From the human T2T-CHM13v2.0 reference genome, Homo sapiens, in NCBI RefSeq assembly GCF_009914755.1, contig NC_060939.1: 64,000 nt of DNA. The stretch is one strand, 5' to 3'. Positions 11,815-25,645 of this stretch are shown piece by piece. Below the pieces are notes generated by a model. It saw only the letters and a program-made list of their open reading frames with translations, was not told the DNA's origin and did not search any database. The first letter of the stretch is position 1. Each line of letters begins with the position of its first letter. The translations under genes and the position numbers were made by a program.

Positions 11815-12900
11815 AATTTTATATTATTTTAGTTCCAGCTTGGTTTTGGCCTTCCAAAAATTTGTCTTTATTGTTAAGATTGTTTTGACAATAAATGGTT
11901 GTTTACATTTACTATTACTTATTTGCTTACTACAGCTTCTTGTATTCCAAACATTCTTTTATATCCAGTGTGTTTCTTACTGAATTATATTATATTATTA
12001 TCAGTTGTTGCAGTAATTATCTATAAGTAATGAACTCTTATTCTGTGCCTGGAAGTTTTTTCTTATCCTCTCTCTCTAAAATAATAGTTTACCTAGGTTA
12101 GTTATTTTTCCTCAGTACTTTGAAGCTAATATTTAATCTTTTGGTCTTTAATATTGCTGAAAAAACAGTCATTCTAATTACATCAGTGTAATTGGAATTA
12201 CATTCTAATTTACTTTGCTTTGTTTCATTTTATGATTTTTAAAAAAGATGTTGTCTTTGTTGTTATTACTCTGTCATCTCATTATGCTATGTCTACTTAT
12301 GAAATTAGTCTTGCTCTATACTCAATATACTTCCTCAATTAACAGAATTATGGCCTTAACAATACTGGAAACTTCTCACCTACTATTTTTCAAATATGCC
12401 CTCTACTCTGCCCTCCCTTCCTGAAACTCCTGTTAGATACATGTAAATCTTCTCCTTCTTTCACATCTGATATTTTCCATTTCTAAATCCTGTGTTATAC
12501 TGTGGGTGGGTTACTCAGCTCTACCTTCCAGTTTACTAATTCTCTTTAAATATGTTTAAACTGCTATTTAACCCATTCACTGTGTTTTTCATTTTAAATA
12601 CTGTATTTTGTAATCTAAGTAGTTTCTATTTATATATACATATATGTATTTATTCTTTTATGTATTGCTCAGTTTTTTCATTACTTCAACCGTTTTAAAC
12701 AAATTCTTTTTGTGGTCCCAAATGGTTTTAATATTTCTGTTTGTGTGTGAATTCTCTTATTTATTGTATCTGCTTTACCTCATGGTGGTTCAATTCCTTG
12801 TGTGGTTTGTAATTTATTATTGTGAATACATATTAATTAGATTTTTTTTTTCTGAGAAGTCCCACATGCCATAGTTTTTTAAAGTATCTCACAGAGATAC
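11815..12900 (-). mobile_element. Old L1 (L1ME-like) fragment, right part of the host
   Basis: Degenerate antisense L1 ORF1-like text (GTTATTTTTCCTCAGTACTTTGAAG; CTGAAACTCCTGTTAGATACATGT). Confidence 0.55.
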
Positions 12901-14643
12901 TTTGCTGAAGTCCCAAGAATTCTATTGATCCTTTATGTCTGCAATTTGCACACTTGGTGGCTAGTAAAAACTCACAGCCTACATCATGTAAGGCATAGGC
13001 TTGGAGCTTCAGTTTCTACCCAGAGCCTCAGATATGCAGCAAGCTGCCTCCCACTTACCTGGGTTAGTGGGGAACTTCTGTAGCCTCTTTTCATAGGTGT
13101 ATGTTTCAAATGGCATATCATGTTCAAAGTCGTCATACAATTCACTGCCTCACATATGTTCAAACCACAGGTTTTGCCCCAGTATAAGTATTGGAACTCC
13201 TATCCACTAGCATCTATATCTTGTTTCCATACCTGTTTGGGCTTCCATTTCATCTGTTTAAAAAACCTTTGTGTTATTTCTAACACCTAGGGATTTCAGT
13301 CCTTTCTTTAAAAAGTTTGGTTATGTAGTTCAGAAAAATGTTATCTTATAAATCAAACCAGTGTCTGTGTGTTGTAGAAGGATAGTACACATCCAGATAG
13401 CCAGCCTTTCCCTTGGATTTTTCCCCAGCAACATTTGAATTACACGTGAAAGGACCATAAAGAGAAACAGCATTTATCCAGCCAAGGAAAAAGAAAGTTC
13501 ATTTAAAATGGAAAAATACTACTCAAGTTATTTCTTCCCAGAGCAAAAATGACCTTTCAGATCTCCTGTTCTCTCTACACTAAACCCAGATGTGGATGGA
13601 ACCTGTTAACTGCCAGTTGTTCTCATGAACAAAACCATTAAGGCACTCCTTACCTGTTCTGCCTGCTCCAAAAGACCAGAGGAAACTTGCCTGCATTCTT
13701 AGACAGAAGAAGAAGAAACCAAGGAGAGTGATTTCTTTCTGAAACTCAGAAGCCCTCCTACATATAAACCCCTGCTTCTCTTATTCCTAGGGCCAAACTC
13801 CTGAGGGAAATGATAGCCTGAAGAAAGAGAGAGTGATGTGAGAGTCAGTTTCAAGAAGGAGTTGATGCATGAGGACTCTCAGGGATGCTTCTGTTTGTTC
13901 TTTTAAGACTGCAGTGAGGTGGATGGATGGCCTGGCCTGTTGGCAAGGGCAGAAATCGATTACACCTCTTGTATAAGCAGAGTCCAAACACACACAGCAG
14001 CTGCTTCCCCGTCTGGTTCTGGGACATACTTTTGCCCTAAGATTTTAGTTGCCTCCTTTTGTGTTATCCACAGCGCGTTAAGATAAAGGAACAGAGAAGA
14101 ATCCATTTGCTCCTTTAGGAAATAGAGCTTGATAAAAACCTCTATCACCAGTTTGTGTACTTATTCAGACTTATCTGTCAGGGTTCTTTAGCTTCAAGTA
14201 ACAGAAACGCATTCAAACTTAAAAGAGTGAAGGCATTTTTTACAGGGATGCTGGCAGTCTAACTTTCCTGTATCAATCTTCAGTTCCCAGGTGAGAGTCT
14301 AATTGGCATCACTTGGGTCACACAACTAGCTCTTGGTGATGGTTGGGGCGTGGGGTAAAGAGATGGGGCATCATAAGGGACAGAATCAACAGTTTCACAA
14401 AGGAAGCAGAATTGACATGGGAGTGCAACAATAAACAAATGTCCAAGTCCTCATGGGAACCAGTTACAGCTGCTAGGGCTGGAGCTTCAATACTTCCACT
14501 GAGACAAGAAAATGTGCTTAAGTAACTTAGCTCAAGTCCCGGGAAACAGTAGATACTCAAAAAATTTTTAGTTCTCTTCTACTCTTTCTTAATCTGATAC
14601 CTTCCCAACTTCTCTCATCTTTTCAAATATAATAACTTGTAAC

Positions 14644-14765
14644 CTAGATGCATAATGAAATAGAATGCTAAATTTAATTTGGAGTTTAGTGACAATAGAG
14701 ATATAATTGTTTCCCAACTAAGTTTACAGATCCCTTGAGTTCTGTCCACAGATTTTCAGGTTATA
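14644..14765 (-). mobile_element. MER113-like hAT fragment, inverted copy of 15897-16018
   Basis: Its reverse complement aligns without gaps to 15897-16018. Confidence 0.75.
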
Positions 14766-14914
14766 TTATCATGTGCTCATTCATTCATCAGTTATTCATT
14801 GAGCAACTTAGCTTCAGGTGCTGTGCATAGTGCAATGACCAGCTGCACACTGAGTAAGTCATGGCCCTGACCCTGAGGAGCAGAGAACCTGGAATGGAAG
14901 AGTGTCAGAGGTAG

Positions 14915-15262
<348 letters not shown>

Positions 15263-15896
15263 AGACTTTCTCTTTTTCAAATGGGAAAAAAAAAAAAACT
15301 AAGACCCAGAAGTCACTGGCCCACGGTCAAGAGGACAATGAGTGATGTATCCCAGAGTTGGACCCAGGTTTTGTAACTCAAAGAGATACCATACGTAAAG
15401 CACCCAATGCTGCACCTGATATGGAAGATATTTCAGGACGCGGAGGCTCCTTCTCTTCTTCCCAACTCAGAAATAAGAGATTACAAACTAACATGCCCAT
15501 AGGAACCAGACAAATAAAATAAATGAGTAAACGGAGGCAAGTATTAAAAAATAATCACAGTGAAAGAAGGATGGGTAATGATAACTGATCTTTGGTTCAG
15601 TGCTACGGACATAAAAGGAAGTTGTAGGGATTGTGGCGCATTGGCCCTCCCACCCCGATCTGCATATATGACTGGCCTTTACTCAGCTCCAGCTGTTGTT
15701 GCCCTGCTGTGATGGAAGCCCAGTGGCACAGAAGCTCGAGTTTTTCAAAAGAAGTTGAAATTTGAATAATTACATGAAACCCTCACATTTTAAAAAAGTT
15801 GACTCTAATTATTTTTAACTGTAGCTTTCAAACGTATTTTGAATTCATTCCAAGATAGGGGCTCCCTAATTTATAAACTTCCAGGAGTTCCATGAT

Positions 15897-16972
15897 TATA
15901 ACCTGGAACTCGATGGACAGAATTCAAGGGATCTGTAAACTTAGTTGGAAAATAAATATATCTTTATTTTCACTAACATTCAACTTAAATTTAGCGTTTC
16001 ATTTCATTATGAATATAGCCTACAAATCATATTATCAATATCTGTAACTTTTGTCCCCCAGGAGAAATCACAGATATTTCTTCAGGCAGTTCAGTTGTTG
16101 CAGACATTTAGAAATATAATTTACACTTGCTGAAATTAGGGTGGTTATTAAATCCCTCACTGGATCTCAATCTTCCTGCCTAGAGAAGGCTGTGCAATAT
16201 GGCTGAGCAATTATTAAGCAGCTCCACACGTGGCAGAAGTTCAGCCACCAAACTGTGAGGTCAGGTAACTTGGTCACTCTCACAGGGTGACCCAGACACC
16301 TCTGTTGCCTTCCAGTATTCCCTATCTCCCATTGCCCATTGATTCATACAGAAAAGAAATGAGTCAAAAACCACTCCAAGTTTATGGCTCAGCTCAAGTT
16401 AAGCCACAGCCAATTTTACATTGTCTTTAAAAAATAAAACTTAACTTTCACTCCCTTCTATTTTACATGTATATTCTTCTTTTTAATGGATTAATAGACA
16501 TACAAATGACTAATCACATATTCTTCATATTATTTTTAGTATTTCTGTAATTATCTTTTAATTTGGTTCACTTTGTAGTTTCTTGTATTTTGCTTTCTGC
16601 ATTTAAAAACTTTATTCCACTAAATGCAATATGGAATCCTGGATCGGATCCACACTGGAACATTCAGAAATGGAAAAGGATTGGTGGAAAACTGATAAGA
16701 TGTGGGTAAAGTCTGGAGTCTAGTTCTTAGTAATGTAACAATGTTAATTTCTTAGTTTTGATAAATACGCTATGGTTATGTAAAGTGTTAACACAGTAGG
16801 GGAAGCTGGTGAAGAGTACACATGAACTTTTTAACTATTTTTGCAACTCTTGTAAATCAAAAATTATTTCAAAGTAAGAAGTTTTAAAAACACACACCCC
16901 TTTCCAAGAAGGGGTCTATAGACTTCATGAGACTCCCAGAGAAGCCCATGGCATAGAAAAATTTAAAAATCT
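15897..16972 (+). mobile_element. MER113-like hAT element, interrupted
   Basis: 5' part TAACCTGG...GGACAGAATTCAAGGG...GAAATCACAGATATT; 3' part GAAGGGGTCTATAGACTTCA...CCCATGGCATAGAAAAA. Confidence 0.7.
16618..16890 (+). mobile_element. L1MC-type 3' end
   Basis: CTAAATGCAATATGGAATCCTGGAT...AATGTTAATTTCTTAGTTTTGATAAAT...TTTTTGCAACTCTTGTAAATC. Confidence 0.75.
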
Positions 16973-17149
16973 GTGCAAGTTAAGATAGTCTTTTGGAGAG
17001 ACAGGGCTGTGTTGATGGAAATCTGGTCCAAGCTAGAGAGGCAGGCACCTGTTCAAGCCCAGCCAGATCTCAGCAGGGAGAAATGGACCCTACTTCTTTC
17101 AGTGTAACATCCAGGACCTTAATCAGGCTCACTAATTACCTTTCAATCA

Positions 17150-17545
17150 GGACCTGGACTCAATTCCATCAGTCTCCAGAACACACACCAAATTCCAGCT
17201 GTTATGAACTACTACGTCCCTCTCACTTTTGTGTCTTTGCTTCTCTGACTTCTTTTCTGGGTCAACTCATGCTCATATTTTTCCCAGACTCAGTTCAGCT
17301 ACCTACCTAGGGAATGTTCCACGTTCTTGCCTGCTTCCAAATTGGGACACATACCTTCCTTGAGGATCCCAAAGAACCCTGAGCTCACTCATCATGCCTA
17401 TTGTATTATTCTTTCCTCGCTATTTCTCTCACTGGGCTGTGGGCTCCTGTAGGGCAAGCACTGTCTCCTGCTTGTCTCTGTATTCCAGGAATAGACACAG
17501 GCCCTGAGATGAAGTAAGCACTCGGTAATTGCTTATTGAATGAGT
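17150..17545 (+). mobile_element. L2 3' fragment
   Basis: CTGGGCTGTGGGCTCCTGTAGGGCAAG and an L2-type tail (GTAAGCACTCGGTAATTGCTTATTGAATGAGTG). Confidence 0.6.
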
Positions 17546-18029
17546 GGGACGGGCAATGGCTCTGTGTGGAGAGAGAAATAAAGAAATGACAACTTGAAGC
17601 ACAATAACAGTCCTATAGGGGCTTCCTGAGACCCAGAACTCGTCTTTGATTTGAGTCCAGGCCTGGGAGCTTCTAAATGTCGCTCCCAGGACCCCAGCAA
17701 CATCAGAGGTGGTGTTATTAACCTTAGCAAGACCGCTAAACCCTGGAACCATCCACTGAGATCCAGGTATGTTCCCCGGACTAGCAATCTCCTGGTCACA
17801 GAACTGCTGGAGCTTAGGAAGTAGAAGGAAGGTCTTCCTCCCCTAGCCCAACCAAGAAGAATGAGAGGGCCTCCTTCATCTCAGCTTCACAGAATCTATA
17901 TCTCCAGCTCTTATGTACACACCACTCCACCATCACCCCACAAGGTTTCCAGTCCTGGCCCGTTACTTGTGTGCCTATTAGCTCCTAAATATTTTCCCTC
18001 TGTGGCTTCTGAGGGCCTCCAGAAGGGGT

Positions 18030-18262
18030 ATAGCTTCTTGGCAAAGAAAACAGGTTTTGCGCTCCAAAGAACATGGATTTGAAACTTGGCTCCATCCCTT
18101 GCCAGCACTATGCACTCAAGCAAGGTGCTTACTCTCTCTATGCCTCAGCTTCTCTATCTGTAGGGCAGGAGTAGGTATGGGATTGGGTTGAGCCTAAGTG
18201 AGACACTACACATAAAGGGCTTAGCATACCCAAAGAGAGTGCCCAATAAATGGTGGTTGCAA
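18030..18262 (+). mobile_element. MIR
   Basis: GGATTTGAAACTTGGCTCC...CTCTATGCCTCAGCTTCTCTATCTGTA...GTGCCCAATAAATGGTGG. Confidence 0.7.
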
Positions 18263-20009
18263 CAACAACAAAAATCATTCTTTGCTAGCAGTAAGAACAG
18301 AGTCTAATAGGAAGACAGAAAAATTAAAAAACAGAACAATTATCATGCAGTATGGTAAGTGGTAGAATAGAAATAGAAAGAAGCTCTGGGAGCCATGGTA
18401 ACCCAAACAGAATTGGTGATATCTACCTGTAATGTAAAAGCTGTGTCAGGCAAGTGTCAGGAGTGGGGTTGGGGCTGCACGTTGATAATCTAGAGACAGA
18501 AGCAAAGCCTTTATGGAAAATTACAACAGTTCAATAGAGTCAAGAGAGGGCCAGAGCAGTGGGTACTGCCTGAAACATGAAGCCAGAGGCCAGAATGCTT
18601 AGTTTTGGTCTTCCCTAACCTGCTGGGATTTGCTCCAGCTGCAGGACTAGGCTTCTGCCTCAGTGCCCTGACTGCACTGCAGCTCCACCGTGTGTTGAAT
18701 TTGCCAGAGACCATCTTGCAATTTCTTCTTTAGAGCCTACAGTAGGTAATTTTCAGAGGAGTCTTCTTTCCTCTTTGTCTGTCTGGTGCTGTTCTCCATC
18801 TTTTATTTTGCAAGATTTTTGTTAGAACCCCTTTCCCACCCCTGCTCTTCTTCACTCTTCCTTAACCAGGCAAGATATGTTTAAAGAAGGGAATTGTCAA
18901 AAGACAAGGTGAGCAGATTGCTCTTGACCTGACTTTCTGTCTCCTTGTGAAATAACCAAATACTTTTCTCTGATTACAGCAGAACGTAAATTGACATGCA
19001 CACATCCCAGTGTAGTTCCCAATTCCAGGCGACTTCCACCTACTGGAAGTACTTTGAAATTACTGTTCCCAGCATACATTACTTTCAGAGGGTTCTGGGT
19101 CTTTCAGGAATTGCACCTTCTGGAATTCACGGGTCACTTCCTTTTCTACTTACCTTGGAGCTGTTTTGGGGGAGTTTGCAATCAATAAGGAAAAATAGTG
19201 GGTGGCCCATCAGAAAACAACAGCCAGGCAATTTCATATATCAGGCTAACAGATCAGCAATTTTCTAGGTCGCACATCCTTGGTCTCTGAATCAAGGGAC
19301 AGATAAAGGAGGCAGCTATGAACCATTTTGCCAGCAGTATTCAGGTGGCCTTGGTACCCAACTCCTTTCCAGCCTGCAGAGCAGAATGAGTAGAAATGTT
19401 CCCAATCCACCAGGTATGACAATCCCCCCAGAGGCAGCATAGAAAGGGGCCACGTGGATGAGAATAAAAGATGCCTTTGCTCTGACCTGTGTGGATTCAT
19501 CATCAAGAACCTTGTCCACCTCCCAACAGCTACATACATGCAAAAGCCTTGACACCCCAACTGACGGAAGTTAAGTTTCCTCTGCTCTCGTACCACATGA
19601 GCTAAAATAGAACTAAGTTGGATCATGAACACAAAGGTGCATTTCTTGCACACCTGAGTTTGCAGTGTGAGATTTATTGACTCTATGCTGCTTACCAGCT
19701 AGACTGGGACACCTAACATAGGGGTCTACGTCTCATTCTCCTTTATGTCTCTGGTGTTTCTCATAATATTAGGCACATATAAGTGCTCAATGGATGTGTA
19801 TTAAATAATCATTTTAAATTTTAAAATATTCTCAAGTATCTTAGCATATTTAATTGACATTCTCAACTCACCATCTGACTGGGAACTCCTCAAGAATAAA
19901 TCCTGTGCTTTTGCCTCTGTATTTCTGATGTTGTGCTCAAGTCTGGGAACATGGGAAACAGACACTCAGATGCTAGCTGATCAAAGTAATGGGCAAATAA
20001 GCGAATGAG

Positions 20010-20215
20010 ATAGTGTACTGGGCTAAGAGAGGGAACGGTCTGCCAGAGAGTTGAGTTTGAAACCCATTTCTGAAACTTACTGGTTGCGTGATGTAGGTGA
20101 GTTACATAAGCCTGATTTCCTCATCCGTAAAGTGGAGATAATAATATCTATTACACAAAAATGTTTTGAAAGTAAAGTTTAAAACGACAGCATTTGTGAA
20201 AGAACTTTGCAAGTC
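20010..20215 (+). mobile_element. MIR
   Basis: GAGTTTGAAACCC...TTTCCTCATCCGTAAAGTGGAGATAATAATATCTA. Confidence 0.65.
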
Positions 20216-21535
20216 AAGGCATGCAGAAGGCATTTTAAAAATATGAAAAACAAACCATCAAAAATCTTACTCATTGATTACTTACGAATATGCCTTTTGA
20301 AACATTCATTTTTCCCAGATACAAAACAAGAATAATAGTCCCTGTCTCTGTAGAATGAGATCAGCTTGGGATTTCTTAAATGTGCATACAGTAAAACTGT
20401 AATCTTTGTTTAAAAAAAAGCAAAATAAATTCTTATTATCCCCCAATATTAATACTAACATTAAGGTTTCTCTAATGGTATTCCATAATATTATCTTTTA
20501 TACAGAAACCCAAAGTCGGCATCTAAAATGTTTATTTAAAAAATTGAAAATGTTAAGACCTGTAGCAAGCACATTATCATTAGATTTTCTGACATTTTGA
20601 TTAATAAAATATCACCAGTCTGCTCAGATACATACTATAAATCATCTTCCAGACACCTGGACAGGCAGCATCCCTGACAGCTGTTCCCACAGCCAGGAGT
20701 GGTGTCAGAGTTGGTGGGTGCCTCACCTCGGAAGCTATGACACATATAAACACATTGAAAAATGCAATAATTAGAAGCAGTGCAGTCAGGTTGCAAAATG
20801 GCAGGACGAGGGGTCTCCTTGAAGGCCCCTCTGTGCTTCCCAGGAGGAGTCAAGTGCATTCGGCGACATTTGAGGTGACACCGGCCAGGTCGAGAATTGC
20901 ACAGATGGCTTCCCAGACTGTGTGCTTCCTTTTCTCCACTGCAGCCTCCAGGGGAGGATTGATTACTTTGTTCAAAAGGCAGAATCAGCAGATGTTATTG
21001 ATATGGAACTCTATGGGACTGGAATTCTGTACTATGGATAGCACATGAGGCTTTTTTTTTTTTTTTTAAGCCAAAGCAGCATTAGTGGAGGCTTTAAAAA
21101 TAAGCCACAGTTCCCGTTTTAATGGATTCAGTGTTAGGTCATGTGCACAATCTGTTATTTAAAATGTGCATTTACAGGCCGCTGTTGAAAATACCTGCTT
21201 TTAAAATGCCTTGGGCTTCAGACTTGCTACGTAGGGCAAGACTCTGTCACAAGAGTTGTCTCTTTCATCAGCGTCTGTCTTTCCTGCTCAACTGGAGACA
21301 CTGAACTCCCTACCACAGACATCTTTTCTGGGACAAGTATATTTGTCTCCTTTTTGTCTCTGATGATGAAGGAGAAAGAGTGTAAGAATATGAGACACTG
21401 GCCAATGACAGTAAAACGATCTAAAAAGAAATAAGCCAAGAAATTACAGTTTAAACCTCTTTCTTGTGCACACTCTGCCTCCTAAGAGTGCGATCCAATC
21501 ACATGACCTCTCTGCCCCATCAGCTTTACTCCCCC

Positions 21536-21699
21536 GGTCCACCCTGTGAGGTTCTTCAGCTCCCCCTAGAGGCTGGAGTATGTTATGAGCAGGAACCACA
21601 GCTTCACCTGTGGGTAGGAGCCCATGGTCCACCCTGTGAGGTTCTTGAGCTCCTCCTAGAGGCTGGAGTATGTTATGATCAGGAACCACAGCTTCACCT
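21536..21699. repeat. Two 74-bp direct repeats (3 mismatches) separated by 16 bp
   Basis: GGTCCACCCTGTGAGGTTCTT...GGAACCACAGCTTCACCT at 21536-21609 and 21626-21699. Confidence 0.95.
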
Positions 21700-24091
21700 A
21701 GACTTCTGTGGCCAAAGATTTAGTATCCAGGAAGAGCATCAGACACTCCTATGTCCATCGGGTCAGAGTCTTTCCTTGACCTTCTCCTTCTTTTCTGCAT
21801 CCAACAAAGTTGATGCTTCAATTCTCTTTCCTGGCATTCTTGGCTCATATCTGTTAGGCTGGGTATGGGGGAAAGATGCTAGACCCTGAGTCCAGTAGTT
21901 CCAACAGCTAGGTCCTGCTCTGAGTTGCTCACTCACTCAGAAACAAAATTTTCATGATCAAACTGCACCTTCTGTCCTTATGCCCCACTCATCAGAGCAG
22001 CCCTCCGGTGCCAGCCAGAACTAAGTCTAAATCAAGCCCTAATTATTATCTAATAAGCCTTGATCTCCCTCCCAGGGTCCCTTGCAGTAGGCACCATACT
22101 CCCAGGCCACAGTCCTGCCTGACCCCCACTCATCATCCCTTTCTATTGTTAGCTTTGGCTGCTGAGGTATCCATCCACCCAGGTGTCAAGATGACCAAAG
22201 ACCCTCATTCAACAGATACTCACTCAACCCCTACCACAAGCCAGGACCTGTGCCCAGCATCCAGTCCCCAAAAGGAACATGATTCCTAGCCCCCACAAGC
22301 TCACAGTCTGGTACAGGTGAGGCACCGGTGAGTATTTTCTGTGAAGGGAGTTAAGTGCCAGCTCTGTTAGAGGGTAGCAGGAGGTCCTATGGGAGTATCA
22401 CTGGAGGCTGACCAGCAGGACTGGGTTTCCCAAGAGGCAGACTGGGCAGACAGGCAAGGCAAGAACATAAAAGAATGGAGGAAAAAAATAAAAGAATATC
22501 GATCTATCCAAAAAGAAGCCTTGAATTATCATTATGGGAAAATCAGAATTTTTTGGACATTCTTACATAGATTTCATGGTTCGGTAGCATTTTAATTATA
22601 TATGGCACAGGAGTATTAGCATAGCTCTTCTTGCTAGGCCTCTGAAGGTTGAATCTATCTCTTCCAGAAGGGTTCGAGAAAAGCTTCCTTGACCACCACT
22701 TTCTGGAGTCATTTTGAAGGAGGGACTTCCTCTTCTGCTTTATACCATGTTTTATTTCTATCTTGCTTTACAGGAAAAATAAGCTGGTTGGCTGGGTAGG
22801 TTTGGATGTCTCTAGGTGCAGTTAGGGATAATGAGTAATATATTTTCTTACCAAATAAATAACCACATTTCACACCACTCTGGGGAGGGGCCATTTGCTG
22901 GTGCCAGTGGCTGGCTCTTTATCTACAGAAGAAATCGATGGCCCTCAGCCTCATTTTAATGCTAAAGACATGAGACATCAGTGGAAAATGAAGATGTGGG
23001 TATTGTATTTGCAACCTGAATTCGTATTCTAGGAAGAGAAGCTTGAGATAGTGAACAAACAACCAAAAAATAGTTTTATGTAATTACTGTCCCTAAACGA
23101 ATCTTCCAATCTGCGTTACAGCTGAGATTCTAAGAGGCACCATGCCCCTGGGATGGGATGTTAAAATGTCTCCTTTCTCTGGCCTGCTGCCTTGCCACTA
23201 GCTGCACCCTTGATATGGGGTTTAAAAGGACCCCTCCAGCCCTGACTGCCCCTACATATCACTCTGTACCATACAGAACCTTCATTTGGGTTGTTTCTAT
23301 TCACAGAACTTTCCTATCTCTGCACTTTCCTTCTCTCCATTGCCTATAGTGATTTGTCATTTGCAATTTGTACATTTCAGATGGCAAGCTTGCAGAAGGC
23401 AGGAACATCTTACACCTTTTTTTGTTACCCATTTCCTACCAAGGGTTGGGCTCAGCACGTGGTACAGAGAGGGCACTTCATGAATGTTTGTTGAATTGAA
23501 TTGAGTGCCATAAATTATAAAATAGATTCATGAAGATTCAGTTCCTGGATTTAAATATATCAGAAAGATTTCCTCAGAATTAACACAATTTAGCAATTTT
23601 ACCAGCCTAAATCTGCCACAGTGAACCCTCCCAGAAGAATTGGAGCAAGCTAAAAATAGTGCATGAGTTTGGGAGCTTTTTAAGGAAAATAGATGTGTCA
23701 TATTTGTTAGCAATGCTCATGAATGGTGGGCATATATCTGAGTAAGTGGCAAACAGAGAGTCTTCCTGTTTAAAGGGGTTTAAAGGGGTCTCAATTTGGG
23801 TCAATTTGTGGCAAATATTCAAATTCTCTAGGCTCAGTGAAAACAGCATCCCTTTCCCCATGTAAAATGCAAAACACCAGATTTTATAAAATGAAAGTCA
23901 GGCATCTGAAAGACAAATGGAAGCCTCCAAGGAAGTCGTTGATGTAATAACACCGTGCCATATTAGAGAAGCCAACAAGTGTCATTTGCTGAGCTCCTAG
24001 TAAGTGTCAGCATGAAGTCTACAAAGGTAATTGAGACATGGTTCCTGATCTCCAGGGACTCAAAGTCTAGTTGGGGACAAAAATGAGTAAT

Positions 24092-24210
24092 GTGGAAGGA
24101 TCACTTGAGGCCAGGAGTTCAAGGCTGCAATGTGCTATGATCACACCTGTGAACAGTCACTGCATGCCAGCCTGGCCAACACAGTGAGATACTATCTCTA
24201 AAATAAATAA
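24092..24210 (+). mobile_element. FAM (fossil Alu monomer), 5'-truncated
   Basis: GGATCACTTGAGGCCAGGAGTTCAAGGCTGCAATGTGCTATGATCACACCTGTGAACAGTCACTGC keeps the 7SL-derived CCTGTGAATAG segment that dimeric Alus lack. Confidence 0.75.
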
Positions 24211-24890
24211 AGCTATGTGGTCATTATTGTGTAGAGTTAGCAGCAAGGACAAGTACAGAGGAAGGACAGCTAGACCTGACCAGGGTTAGATAGCCACCAG
24301 CAAGGACTTACTAGAGCCTTGAGCTGCATTTTGAGAGACAGGAAGGAATCAGATGGATGAATAAAGAGTCCAAGGATGAATGAAGAGCAGTGAGACCTCG
24401 TGTGGGAGGAAACCGCATGTAATTCAGTGTAGCTGCAGCATCTATGTGAAGAGAGGAGAGGCTGGAGGGGTCCTCAGGCTGTGACATGGGACCCATAGAC
24501 ACCATGCTAAGGACTGTGAGCATCAGTGTAGACCAGAGACAACATGGAGTTGTGGAAGGGTCTCAAGCAATGGAGACTTCCTCTGCATGACACAGGTATG
24601 GCAAATAGATTTGAGAAGGGTGAGTCTAGAGTCAGGACAATCACTTAGAAAGCCACCATATTTGTTCAGGTGAGATTCCTGCCCCCCTCCCCAAAAAAAG
24701 AGCTGGGCTAATGCACTAACCCAGGAGAGAGGATAGAAAATTGAAAACTATTCATGAGATTAAATTAGTGAAGATGGTGATTAGATTTGACACGGAGAGA
24801 AAGTGGAAGAAGGGGGTCAAGGAAAATGGTTCCAGATTCCTGAAACCTAGGAGATGACAAACCTGTGTACTGCGATTAGAAGCACAGAGG

Positions 24891-25329
<439 letters not shown>

Positions 25330-25339
25330 CTAAGAACTT

Positions 25340-25645
25340 CAGGAAAAAATCTGTTTTTTCCCAAATATGTTTAGGGAATTACACTTTTTCACAAACTACA
25401 CTTTCTTGTGCCTTAAAAAGGAAGGCCTCTGATCCAATGGGTTTAAGAAATACCATATTCTATCTCTGAAACTATTGCTCCATCTTGGAGAGCCTCAATG
25501 TACTGTAGCATATAAAAGACTCCAAGAAATCCTGCAAGCGAGACATCTGTTTAAGCTCATGCTGCCCAAATTTATTCTACCAGGGAATCCTTTTTCTAAT
25601 GGCCCAACAGACACTGACATTGGGAGCCACGGTTTGGGAAATGAG
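25340..25645. mobile_element. Old hAT/Charlie-derived fragment
   Basis: TGGGTTTAAGAAATACC...GCCCAAATTTATT...CACGGTTTGGGAAAT resembles Charlie-type ends. A similar fragment lies at about 57760-57960. Confidence 0.4.

Noticed and set aside
22752-22801. Possible 22-nt microexon (TTGCTTTACAG...GTAGGT)
   Set aside because: It is not frame-preserving, has no partner exons, and such splice-like pairs are common by chance.
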